DNA from: a virus
Taxonomy: Duplodnaviria > Heunggongvirae > Uroviricota > Caudoviricetes
IMG/VR virus record: IMGVR_UViG_2547132270_000003
Span: 1-7,054 of that record
Direction: 5' to 3' (one strand)
DNA length: 7,054 bases
Shown piece by piece: positions 1 to 6,870 of this stretch. The notes beneath the pieces are model-generated. The model saw only the letters and a list, made by a program, of their open reading frames with translations. It was not told where the DNA came from and ran no database searches. How positions within the stretch are numbered: the first letter of the stretch is position 1; every line of letters begins with the position of its first letter. A program made the translations under genes and the position numbers.

Positions 1-600
1 AAATGGGCTATCTGAAAATTGAGGCGTGTCTTTTAGCAGGCGTTCCAGAATCGCAGATTCATCATCTGCCGTAAGTTCGCCAAGCTTCGCCAGCCACACA
101 TCGTCGGGCCGATCACCGACAAACGCCTGAAAGAGCCGCAGTGAGATCCATTCATGTCGGTATGGTTGATAACTGCGGGCATTCTTTTGGGTCAGGCTTT
201 GCTGAAAGCTGCGTCCGGATTTTCCAAAATCATGAAATAACCCGGCGATGGCTGCCAGCAGCGCAATGCTTTCCGCACATTGCCAGCGGTTTTCTTCCTT
301 GTTCACCAGGCTGGTTTGCGTTGTGCGATTTGTGGGAACGCGCCCCTGAGCATTAAAACGACGAATATTACCCACAATCCACATCAACTCCATTTGTCCA
401 TTCTTCTTTAGCCAGTGACATGCCACTGCGGTATTTCGCCTGGCAGTTTTGCGCAGTAAACGGCGGAGTGTATTAACTCCTTCCAGAGTAATCACCGTTT
501 GCCATGCGGCATCACCTGTACGTTCAGCAAACTGATCAATAATACGGCAGCTTTCCACACGAGCATTTTTCGTACAGCGCGAGATAATTAGGACATTCAT
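1..600 (-). CDS. cas3: Type I-F Cas2-Cas3 fusion nuclease/helicase, N-terminal part only (gene continues beyond the window start)
   Basis: Not in the ORF track because it has no stop in the window. Hand translation of the minus strand from ATG at 600..598 is open to position 1: MNVLIISRCTKNARVESCRIIDQFAERTGDAAWQTVITLEGVNTLRRLLRKTARRNTAVACHWLKKNGQMELMWIVGNIRRFNAQGRVPTNRTTQTSLVNKEENRWQCAESIALLAAIAGLFHDFGKSGRSFQQSL... This is a Cas2-like N-terminus followed by the start of an HD domain (LFHDFGK motif), as in Cas2-3 of I-F systems. The start ATG overlaps the cas1 stop (ATGA, 597..600). Confidence 0.88.
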   Translation of the reverse strand, partial: MNVLIISRCTKNARVESCRIIDQFAERTGDAAWQTVITLEGVNTLRRLLRKTARRNTAVACHWLKKNGQMELMWIVGNIRRFNAQGRVPTNRTTQTSLVNKEENRWQCAESIALLAAIAGLFHDFGKSGRSFQQSLTQKNARSYQPYRHEWISLRLFQAFVGDRPDDVWLAKLGELTADDESAILERLLKDTPQFSDSPF

Positions 601-1580
601 TGGTCAACCTTAGCCAGTACCTGGGCCGTTTCCTGCAGAGAGGTGATCATGACATCCAGCGCATCCGCTTGTTGAAAGATATTGATACAGCGTTGACGAA
701 ACTCCTGAGCATCTTCTCCCGCCATTGCGGCAATAAATGCTTGTGGCATAACCAGGGCATCTTTAATCAGATCGGCAAGGTCAAAAACAAGCCCGCCGCG
801 ACGTGTTTTACCGTGCATTACTGCTAAACCGTGCGGGATACCTGTTACCCACGCTGCGACTGCTGCCAGTCCATAAGCCAGATAATTCCCTTGATCGAGA
901 AAGCGGTTGGCCATATCAATACCACCGCCCCGTTTTGCGCGAGTGAAATCGCCATAACCCACGGTTTGGCTCACCATTTTGTAGAGTGCTTTGGTCAATT
1001 TGGCCTCTACGAGCATAAGCTGCGTATGGTTTTCTGCCGCGTCGATTTCTTCGCGAGTACGATTTAGCAGGGTCTTCAGCGCATTAGCATCAGGCTGAAA
1101 GGCGTGTTCACGCTGCATTTTCGCGCTGGTCCAATGCTTATCGATATGTGTCAGGCGGATTAACTGAAAACGTTTCGCGGCGGCAAGTCGTTTATCTTCA
1201 ACAAACCAAAAAGAAACCCACTGCTGAAGATATTCAGTAGGACGATATTCGCTTTGCGGACTGAGCCAGGAGACATCAACATCAACTTCATTTGCCGAAT
1301 ACAGCGGCGTACCATCCGTACCACAAAAGCCCACCATCACCCCGGCATGAGCAAATTCACGCATCGCCGCCTGAGTCACGGATGTTCCCATCCCCAACAT
1401 CAATGCTGTGGTATTCGCAATGGGGATATTCCAGTAGTACGACTCTTTACCTTCGCTGGTGACATACTCCACCCGCCCACCATTCACCTGTACCCGGCAT
1501 TTTTCCAGATAATAAATATTGGCGCGTTTGGAGTGGAGAATGGTTTTGAGATCGGAAGGCGTAAGGTAATTCGAAGACAT
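597..1580 (-). CDS. cas1: Type I-F Cas1 integrase (327 aa)
   Basis: ORF track 597..1586 (-). The protein (MSSNYLTPSDLKTILHSKRANIYYLEKCRVQVNGGRVEYV...GIPHGLAVMHGKTRRGGLVFDLADLIKD...) matches the Cas1 family of I-F systems from memory. The track start at 1586 is a GTG; I prefer ATG at 1580..1578, which has an AGGA Shine-Dalgarno about 8 nt upstream. Confidence 0.93.
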   Translation of the reverse strand: MSSNYLTPSDLKTILHSKRANIYYLEKCRVQVNGGRVEYVTSEGKESYYWNIPIANTTALMLGMGTSVTQAAMREFAHAGVMVGFCGTDGTPLYSANEVDVDVSWLSPQSEYRPTEYLQQWVSFWFVEDKRLAAAKRFQLIRLTHIDKHWTSAKMQREHAFQPDANALKTLLNRTREEIDAAENHTQLMLVEAKLTKALYKMVSQTVGYGDFTRAKRGGGIDMANRFLDQGNYLAYGLAAVAAWVTGIPHGLAVMHGKTRRGGLVFDLADLIKDALVMPQAFIAAMAGEDAQEFRQRCINIFQQADALDVMITSLQETAQVLAKVDQ

Positions 1581-1752
1581 AAACACATCCTGTGATTATT
1601 TTATATTTGAAGGTATTGGGCTTAGTACAGCATTGATTTATGTGCTGAAAATTGATTTCCGTCGCAATTATTACGATTGTTATTGTGTACTGAAGCTAAT
1701 GGTTCGGAGTTGAGAACGCCATAACGCAGCTAAATTTCTGCCATCATCGTAT

Positions 1753-1840
1753 TTGTGAAACTGCCTGTACGGCAGTGAACAACATCTGGCCGTAGCGCTG
1801 TTTAAACCAGTCTTTCTAAGCTGCCTGTACGGCAGTGAAC
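1753..1840 (-). CRISPR. Minimal type I-F CRISPR array: 2 repeats of 28 bp flanking one 32 bp spacer
   Basis: Plus strand has TTTCTAAGCTGCCTGTACGGCAGTGAAC at 1813..1840, the reverse complement of the I-F repeat GTTCACTGCCGTACAGGCAGCTTAGAAA. A degenerate copy TTGTGAAACTGCCTGTACGGCAGTGAAC lies at 1753..1780 (4 mismatches, all in the 8 nt that form the 3' end in transcript orientation). The spacer is 1781..1812 (aacatctggccgtagcgctgtttaaaccagtc on plus). The array is read on the minus strand, co-directional with cas1. Confidence 0.85.
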
Positions 1841-1992
1841 TCAAATACTACACGCTTAGTCCGTTGTTAATAAAGCGAAACCATCAATACTCCCCGCTCA
1901 GACCCTTTTTTATCCCTACATCCCTGCGCATAGTTTTATCAATAAATTACGTCACCCCCGCAAAAAAAGGTCACATCTGCTCCGTCGAAGCG
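1841..1992 (-). promoter_or_regulatory. Putative CRISPR leader (AT-rich, upstream of the intact repeat in transcript orientation)
   Basis: The intact repeat is at the high-coordinate end and the degenerate repeat at the low-coordinate end. For minus-strand transcription this places the leader at 1841 onward, between the clpA terminator and the array. No promoter elements were mapped. Confidence 0.45.
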
Positions 1993-1993
1993 C

Positions 1994-2029
1994 AAAAAAA
2001 GTCCGTAACCCCATACAGGATTACGGACT
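1994..2029 (-). terminator. Rho-independent terminator downstream of clpA
   Basis: On the minus strand: stem AGTCCGTAA (revcomp of 2021..2029), a 12-nt loop, stem TTACGGACT (revcomp of 2000..2008), followed by a run of six or more T (A-tract 1994..1999 on plus). It lies about 150 nt downstream of the clpA stop. Confidence 0.75.
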
Positions 2030-2128
2030 CAGATTGTTAACAACGTGCGATTTGTTTATGTCGAATGCGGCACATTCACCTTACCCAATCTACAAAATCA
2101 TGCAAATTCAATAGATTGCACGAACCTT

Positions 2129-2157
2129 GTAGGCCTGATAAGCGCAGCGCATCAGGC
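2129..2157. repeat. REP-like (repetitive extragenic palindrome) element
   Basis: GTAGGCCTGATAAGCGCAGCGCATCAGGC has the GCCTGAT...ATCAGGC inverted arms and the typical enterobacterial REP consensus. It sits immediately 3' of the clpA stop and is followed by T8 on the plus strand. Confidence 0.6.
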
Positions 2158-2176
2158 ATTTTTTTTCGCCATCAGA

Positions 2177-4453
2177 TTAATGCGCGGCTTCCGGTTTATG
2201 CTTTTGCGCACTCTGGAAGCCGTAGGTCAGCTCATTTTTCTCTTTATCCAGCGCAACAGTCACCTGGCCGCCATCCACCAGCGAGCCAAACAGCAGTTCG
2301 TTGGCGAGCGGTTTTTTCAGGTTATCCTGAATCACACGTGCCATCGGACGCGCTCCCATTGCCCGGTCGTAACCTTTTTCGGCCAGCCAGTTACGAGCTT
2401 CCTGACTCACTTCCAGAGAAACGCCTTTTTGATCCAACTGTACCTGCAACTCGACGATGAATTTATCCACCACCTGATGGATCACATCAGTAGAAAGATG
2501 ATCGAACCAGATAATGTTGTCGAGGCGGTTACGGAACTCCGGCGTAAAGATCTTCTTGATCTCCTCCATCGCATCGGTGCTGTTATCCTGCTGGATAAGG
2601 CCAATCGATTTACGCTCGGTTTCTCGTACCCCAGCGTTGGTGGTCATCACCAATACCACGTTACGGAAGTCTGCTTTGCGTCCGTTGTTATCGGTCAGCG
2701 TACCGTTATCCATCACCTGCAACAGAATGTTGAACACGTCTGGATGCGCTTTCTCGATTTCGTCCAGCAGCAGCACCGCGTGCGGATGCTTAATTACCGC
2801 ATCGGTCAGCAAACCGCCCTGATCAAAACCAACGTATCCCGGAGGCGCGCCAATCAGACGGCTGACAGTGTGACGTTCCATATATTCGGACATATCAAAG
2901 CGTAATAGCTCAATGCCCAGAGCTTTGGAAAGCTGCACTGTAACCTCAGTTTTACCGACCCCGGTTGGACCAGCAAACAGGAACGAACCGACCGGTTTAT
3001 GTTCATGGCCTAAACCCGCACGCGACATCTTGATAGCTTCGGTAAGCGCCTCAATAGCTTTATCCTGACCGAAAACCAGCATTTTCAGACGGTCGCCGAG
3101 GTTTCTTAGCGTATCGCGGTCACTCTGAGAAACACTCTTCTCAGGGATACGCGCGATACGAGCTACCACGGACTCAATATCCGCTACATTGACGGTTTTC
3201 TTACGCTTGCTGATCGGCATCAGTCGCGCACGCGCGCCGGCCTCGTCAATGACATCAATCGCCTTATCCGGCAGATGGCGATCGTTAATGTACTTCACCG
3301 CCAGTTCTACCGCCGCACGCACCGCTTTCGCGGTATAACGCACGTCGTGGTGCGCTTCGTACTTCGGTTTCAGGCCATTGATAATTTGAACGGTTTCTTC
3401 GATCGACGGCTCAGTAATATCGATTTTCTGGAAGCGGCGCGCCAGAGCACGATCTTTCTCGAAAATGTTGCTGAATTCCTGATATGTCGTTGAACCGATA
3501 ACGCGAATTTTACCGCTTGAGAGCAACGGTTTGATCAGGTTAGCCGCATCCACCTGACCGCCAGATGCTGCCCCTGCACCGATGATGGTGTGGATCTCAT
3601 CGATAAAAAGAATGCTGTTGGTATCCTGTTCCAGTTGTTTGAGCAACGCCTTAAAACGTTTTTCAAAGTCACCACGATATTTGGTGCCTGCTAACAAAGA
3701 ACCGATATCCAGAGAGTAAATCGTACAGTCAGCCATCACTTCCGGCACATCGCCCTGGACGATGCGCCAGGCGAGACCTTCCGCAATCGCAGTTTTACCG
3801 ACGCCAGACTCACCAACCAGCAGCGGGTTGTTTTTACGGCGACGGCAAAGAACCTGAATGGCGCGTTCCAGTTCCTTCTCACGACCAATCAGTGGGTCAA
3901 TGCCGCCCACTCGTGCAAGCTGATTCAGGTTAGTCGTGAAATTCTCCATACGCTCCTCCCCACCAGCTTGTTCTTCACTGCCCGGCTGGTTTCCTGGTTC
4001 AGAAGACTGAGATGGCTCGTCTTTACGCGTGCCATGAGAAATAAAGTTCACTACATCAAGGCGGCTGACTTCATGTTTGCGCAACAGATAAGCCGCCTGT
4101 GATTCCTGTTCGCTGAAGATAGCGACCAGAACGTTCGCACCGGTAACCTCATTGCGACCGGAGGACTGAACATGGAATACCGCACGTTGTAGTACACGCT
4201 GAAAACTCAATGTCGGCTGCGTGTCGCGCTCTTCTTCGCTGGCAGGCAGAACGGGCGTGGTTTGTTCAATAAAGGCTTCCAGTTCCTGACGGAGCGCAAC
4301 CAGATCTACGGAACACGCCTCCAGCGCCTCCCGGGCAGATGGGTTACTGAGCAACGCCAGTAACAAGTGCTCGACGGTCATAAACTCATGACGGTGCTCG
4401 CGCGCTCTGGCGAAAGCCATGTTTAAACTGAGTTCCAGTTCTTGATTGAGCAT
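2177..4453 (-). CDS. clpA: ATP-dependent Clp protease ATP-binding subunit ClpA (758 aa)
   Basis: ORF track 2177..4468 (-). The protein is essentially the E. coli ClpA sequence as I recall it ([35 protein letters not shown]..., two AAA+ modules with GESGVGKT and GPTGVGKT Walker A motifs). The true start is the second ATG at 4453 (MLNQ...), preceded by GGAGG; the track's upstream ATG at 4468 lies inside that ribosome-binding site. Confidence 0.97.
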   Translation of the reverse strand: MLNQELELSLNMAFARAREHRHEFMTVEHLLLALLSNPSAREALEACSVDLVALRQELEAFIEQTTPVLPASEEERDTQPTLSFQRVLQRAVFHVQSSGRNEVTGANVLVAIFSEQESQAAYLLRKHEVSRLDVVNFISHGTRKDEPSQSSEPGNQPGSEEQAGGEERMENFTTNLNQLARVGGIDPLIGREKELERAIQVLCRRRKNNPLLVGESGVGKTAIAEGLAWRIVQGDVPEVMADCTIYSLDIGSLLAGTKYRGDFEKRFKALLKQLEQDTNSILFIDEIHTIIGAGAASGGQVDAANLIKPLLSSGKIRVIGSTTYQEFSNIFEKDRALARRFQKIDITEPSIEETVQIINGLKPKYEAHHDVRYTAKAVRAAVELAVKYINDRHLPDKAIDVIDEAGARARLMPISKRKKTVNVADIESVVARIARIPEKSVSQSDRDTLRNLGDRLKMLVFGQDKAIEALTEAIKMSRAGLGHEHKPVGSFLFAGPTGVGKTEVTVQLSKALGIELLRFDMSEYMERHTVSRLIGAPPGYVGFDQGGLLTDAVIKHPHAVLLLDEIEKAHPDVFNILLQVMDNGTLTDNNGRKADFRNVVLVMTTNAGVRETERKSIGLIQQDNSTDAMEEIKKIFTPEFRNRLDNIIWFDHLSTDVIHQVVDKFIVELQVQLDQKGVSLEVSQEARNWLAEKGYDRAMGARPMARVIQDNLKKPLANELLFGSLVDGGQVTVALDKEKNELTYGFQSAQKHKPEAAH

Positions 4454-4483
4454 AGGCACCTCCCCCAATTTTTATGCCTGCAT

Positions 4484-4804
4484 TCAGGCTTTTTCCAGCG
4501 TACACAGCAATGGATGCTCATTCTCCCTCGCATACTTGTTCACCATCGCTACTTTGGTTTCTGCAACCTCAGCGGTAAAGACGCCGCAAATGGCCTTCCC
4601 CTGGTAGTGAACAGCGAGCATCAATTGCGTTGCACGTTCTACATCATAAGAAAAGAATTTTTGTAACACGTCAATAACAAACTCCATCGGAGTGTAATCA
4701 TCATTGACTAATATCACTTTATACATAGATGGCGGTTTTAGCGCGTCGCGCACTCTTTCTTCCGCCAGTTGCTCAAAGTCCAGCCAGTCGTTCGTTTTAC
4801 CCAT
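4484..4804 (-). CDS. clpS: ClpS, ClpAP adaptor for N-degron substrates (106 aa)
   Basis: ORF track 4484..4804 (-): [51 protein letters not shown]..., which matches E. coli ClpS from memory. It lies 30 nt upstream of clpA, the canonical clpS-clpA arrangement. Confidence 0.95.
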   Translation of the reverse strand: MGKTNDWLDFEQLAEERVRDALKPPSMYKVILVNDDYTPMEFVIDVLQKFFSYDVERATQLMLAVHYQGKAICGVFTAEVAETKVAMVNKYARENEHPLLCTLEKA

Positions 4805-4977
4805 TGTCAGTTATCATCTTCGGTTACGGTTATCGGCAGAACGCTCTGCCGCTGACAAGAGCTTATTTGCCTGACCAATCTACTTCACATGATAGATAAC
4901 TATCATTTATATCATTTAGTTAATTAGTCTTTATTTTTCATTATGTTGCAAATAACAAGCCCGTCAAAAACAGTGAT

Positions 4978-5034
4978 ATTAACTACACCATTAACTACAC
5001 CGCTTCACGAACAATATCGAACAACCGCGAACAA
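4978..5034. repeat. Perfect tandem 12-bp repeat (ATTAACTACACC x2) followed by three CGAACAA heptamers at exact 10-bp phasing
   Basis: Read directly: ATTAACTACACC at 4978..4989 and 4990..5001; CGAACAA at 5008..5014, 5018..5024 and 5028..5034. It lies about 175 to 230 bp upstream of the clpS start in an AT-rich region. Confidence 0.5.
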
Positions 5035-5299
5035 AGATCAACACGCTTTAATCATTATCATTTTCCGGCTATCCGTCATGAAGCTGGTGGATGATCTGCG
5101 TGGTGATTTCCACCATTCAGAGCAGGGCGGTCATCATGACCATGCCATAACAAAAACCCCATATTCGTGGTTTTTCTGTGTCGGGGCTATTCTGCTGTTG
5201 CCGTGCTGGTGGATATTCTCCGGTATGCGGCTCCCCATATCGGCATCAGGCCCACCAGCGTGAAGCGTTTTTCATTTTTCGCGGGTATAAAAAATCGAT

Positions 5300-5348
5300 G
5301 GGGCGGGCAGTCCTGAAGAGGTCAGGATACAGAGATTTGACCCGCCCC
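5300..5348 (-). other. GC-rich hairpin (GGGGCGGG ... CCCGCCCC) with an inner TCCTGA/TCAGGA hairpin; terminator-like for leftward transcripts
   Basis: Inverted repeat GGGGCGGG (5300..5307) and CCCGCCCC (5341..5348). On the minus strand a T6 tract follows, but after a 5-nt spacer, so it is not a textbook terminator. A 14-bp perfect palindrome GGCGGAATTCCGCC lies nearby at 5381..5394. Confidence 0.35.
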
Positions 5349-5524
5349 CTCCCTGTGCATGAGCACAATAAGTAACCAAAGGCGGAATTCCGCCCTCGGT
5401 GCTCACATATAAGAAACGATATTTCTTCCACCGATCCCCTGTATTTTGGTATCGCGGGTAAGCCCCAAAATCTGGGTGTTACTCTTACTACCCAAACTAC
5501 GGGTAGTTTCCGTAGTTTCTGGTC

Positions 5525-5544
5525 GAGTTGCAGATCTGCAACTC
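5525..5544. promoter_or_regulatory. 20-bp perfect palindrome GAGTTGCAGATCTGCAACTC (candidate protein-binding site)
   Basis: Read directly; the sequence is its own reverse complement over 20 bp, in a region with no convincing gene. Confidence 0.4.
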
Positions 5545-5800
5545 ACCCACCAGCTAACCCATTTTTGGGCCGTCGGGAATATCAACCAGTTACTGCCAGT
5601 GATCTGGATGTTCTGCAGTCTGGCTGGTGGCTGGACGCTGATTTTTTGCGTACCTGTATCGGTTTCGTATCCGGTGGATGTTCTGCGTACTTTTCAGAGG
5701 CGGATTTCCGCCCACGCCATTCTGGACCAGTTGAAGGGGCCGAATACATCACCGGATTTAGGGGATGTTCCCGGCCTCCTCAATTTGAGGATTGTGGAAG

Positions 5801-5869
5801 AATCAATGGGTTAGTCTTACTGTCCCTCATTTCCTGCATTGCAGGTTTTCGAAATAATCAATGGGTTAG
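5801..5869. repeat. Direct repeats AATCAATGGGTTAG (5801..5814 and 5856..5869), 55 bp apart
   Basis: Read directly. A third, inverted copy of the ATGGGTTAG core (plus-strand CTAACCCAT) lies near 5553..5561. The second direct copy overlaps the TGA (5858..5860) that ends the open frame downstream of the 94-aa ORF. Confidence 0.5.
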
Positions 5870-6031
5870 GCCATCGTGCAATTTTGCACTTTGCCAGCCA
5901 GCGCAATGTTGCGTTATCGGGAATATCAGCACGTTACCGGCTTTCGTCATGTTAAACACTGGCCAGGCATCGCCATTCTTATCAATAAAATCACCAGGCT
6001 CAAAATTGAGCTTTGCTTTAATCTCAGCAAG

Positions 6032-6316
6032 TTACCGCCGTAACCGTTCCGGCTTCTTCCACTGGTAAGTTTTTTTCTCGCTCTCCTGATACATCGCCAC
6101 ACGTCGACGGTATGCCAGCAACTCTAATACCCTGGTTCGTATGTCGCGCATATCCACGCCGTTAAGATCGATACCGTCACAGCGCATCACCTCAGCCACC
6201 ACACGCGCGTAATTTTCAGCGGTGACGGTATCAGGCTGCATGGCCTCCTGTGTGCCAGCCTGCTGGCTGATTCCGGTAACGCGGCGGATTAATCCCAGTA
6301 GTTCGGCTTCTGTCAT
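6032..6316 (-). CDS. Hypothetical small protein (94 aa) immediately downstream of the terS-like gene, possibly a truncated or interrupted gene
   Basis: ORF track 6032..6316 (-), starting at an ATG 11 nt after the terS-like stop with no clear Shine-Dalgarno, so translational coupling is plausible. It ends at TAA 6032..6034, and the same frame stays open for 57 more codons to TGA at 5858..5860. It does not resemble the lambda large terminase gpA N-terminus as I recall it. Confidence 0.5.
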   Translation of the reverse strand: MTEAELLGLIRRVTGISQQAGTQEAMQPDTVTAENYARVVAEVMRCDGIDLNGVDMRDIRTRVLELLAYRRRVAMYQESEKKTYQWKKPERLRR

Positions 6317-6327
6317 AGTGCGCTACG

Positions 6328-6870
6328 TTACTTGTCTTTATCCGGCTGAAACTTATCAGGCACATTTCCGGTAGTTTCCATCAGATAATCGGACAGTATT
6401 CGCGGGATGTTTTCATCAAGTTTTGTGCATGCGTTACAGGCTCTGACAACTTCCTTTTTAAGTCCATCCAGCATAGCGGGGGTAATCTGTGGGAAGCGCC
6501 TTTGCATGGTAAGCGGCAAACTGTCCATGATTGAAGAAATCTGACTCGCCAGTTTTGAAAGCACATATATACAAAATTCCGTACTAATAACGTCGCCGCG
6601 TTCGCGCTCGTTTTTAAGCTCCTGCGCCTCCGCCTGCGCTGTCAGCAATCTGATCCTGACTCGCAAAAGTTCATCATTATCAATCTCGCCTTTGTCGTCT
6701 GTAATCTGGTTAATTGCATTGCTAACCCGATTGTCTATTACGCTGGCAACATCATAAAACGCCTCGCGGCCTTTACGTTCAACGGGAGTCACTCCCCACT
6801 TGTCGAACGCTGTCGCACTTACACGGCAGCTTTGCGCCATGTTTTTTTTGTTCATCAGGTACGATTTCAT
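6328..6870 (-). CDS. terS: Phage lambda Nu1-like terminase small subunit (TerS)
   Basis: ORF track 6328..6882 (-). The C-terminal two thirds (LLTAQAEAQELKNERERGDVISTEFCIYVLSKLASQISSIMDSLPLTMQRRFP...LDENIPRILSDYLME) aligns with lambda Nu1 as I recall it (RLTRAQADAQELKNARDSAEVVETAFCTFVLSRIAGEIASILDGLPLSVQRRFP...LDELIPGLLSEYIE). The N-terminal region is divergent. The track start at 6882 is a GTG; I prefer ATG at 6870, which has GGGGA 5 nt upstream, and ATG at 6855 is an alternative. Confidence 0.85.
   Translation of the reverse strand: MKSYLMNKKNMAQSCRVSATAFDKWGVTPVERKGREAFYDVASVIDNRVSNAINQITDDKGEIDNDELLRVRIRLLTAQAEAQELKNERERGDVISTEFCIYVLSKLASQISSIMDSLPLTMQRRFPQITPAMLDGLKKEVVRACNACTKLDENIPRILSDYLMETTGNVPDKFQPDKDK

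Noticed and set aside
141-356. Plus-strand 71-aa ORF
   Set aside because: Lies antisense within the cas2-3 coding region; the minus-strand frame is continuously open and has clear Cas2 and HD motifs.
600-1595. Plus-strand ORFs of 75, 78 and 113 aa (600..827, 831..1067, 1254..1595)
   Set aside because: Antisense shadow ORFs within cas1.
1587-1752. Sigma-70 promoter for the cas operon between the array and cas1
   Set aside because: The region is AT-rich and promoter-like, but the best -35/-10 pairs I could find by eye (for example TTCAGC-N16-TACTAA on the minus strand) are weak, so I do not call a position.
1841-1900. Possible third CRISPR repeat one spacer length beyond the intact repeat
   Set aside because: The sequence at the expected position (about 1873..1900) has no resemblance to the I-F repeat, so the array ends after two repeats.
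2129-2166. Plus-strand rho-independent terminator (REP hairpin followed by T8)
   Set aside because: No plus-strand gene ends upstream of it. It lies just 3' of the minus-strand clpA, so the hairpin plus T-tract is better explained as a REP element; an incidental terminator for antisense transcription is not excluded.
1587-2176. tRNA gene (such as serW) between clpA and cas1
   Set aside because: I found no T-loop-like GGTTCGAATCC or GGTTCGAGTCC motif and no cloverleaf-compatible segment on either strand by eye. This is only a manual scan and should be confirmed with tRNAscan-SE.
2045-2905. Plus-strand ORFs of 286, 131, 102 and 72 aa (2045..2905, 2065..2460, 2514..2822, 3275..3493)
   Set aside because: All lie antisense to and inside clpA, whose protein is unmistakable. 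Their low-complexity, Cys/His/Arg-rich translations look like shadow ORFs of a strongly conserved gene.
4454-4468. N-terminal extension of clpA to the upstream ATG (MGEVPMLNQ...)
   Set aside because: The extension codons are the GGGGGAGGTG ribosome-binding site for the downstream ATG. ClpA as I know it begins MLNQELELS and is 758 aa.
4442-4666. Plus-strand 74-aa ORF
   Set aside because: Antisense to clpS and the clpS-clpA junction; no independent support.
4943-6068. Overlapping ORFs on both strands (plus 4943..5263, 5178..5375, 5446..5814, 5565..6068; minus 5246..5431, 5403..5585)
   Set aside because: They overlap each other in different frames, have Cys/Trp/Arg-rich low-complexity translations, lack convincing ribosome-binding sites and span the hairpin and repeat structures. 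I treat the region as noncoding or decayed, noting only that one plus-strand segment from ATG 5079 (His-rich N-terminus plus a hydrophobic stretch) cannot be fully excluded as a small membrane peptide.
6381-6566. Minus-strand 61-aa ORF
   Set aside because: Alternative frame wholly inside the Nu1-like terS gene.
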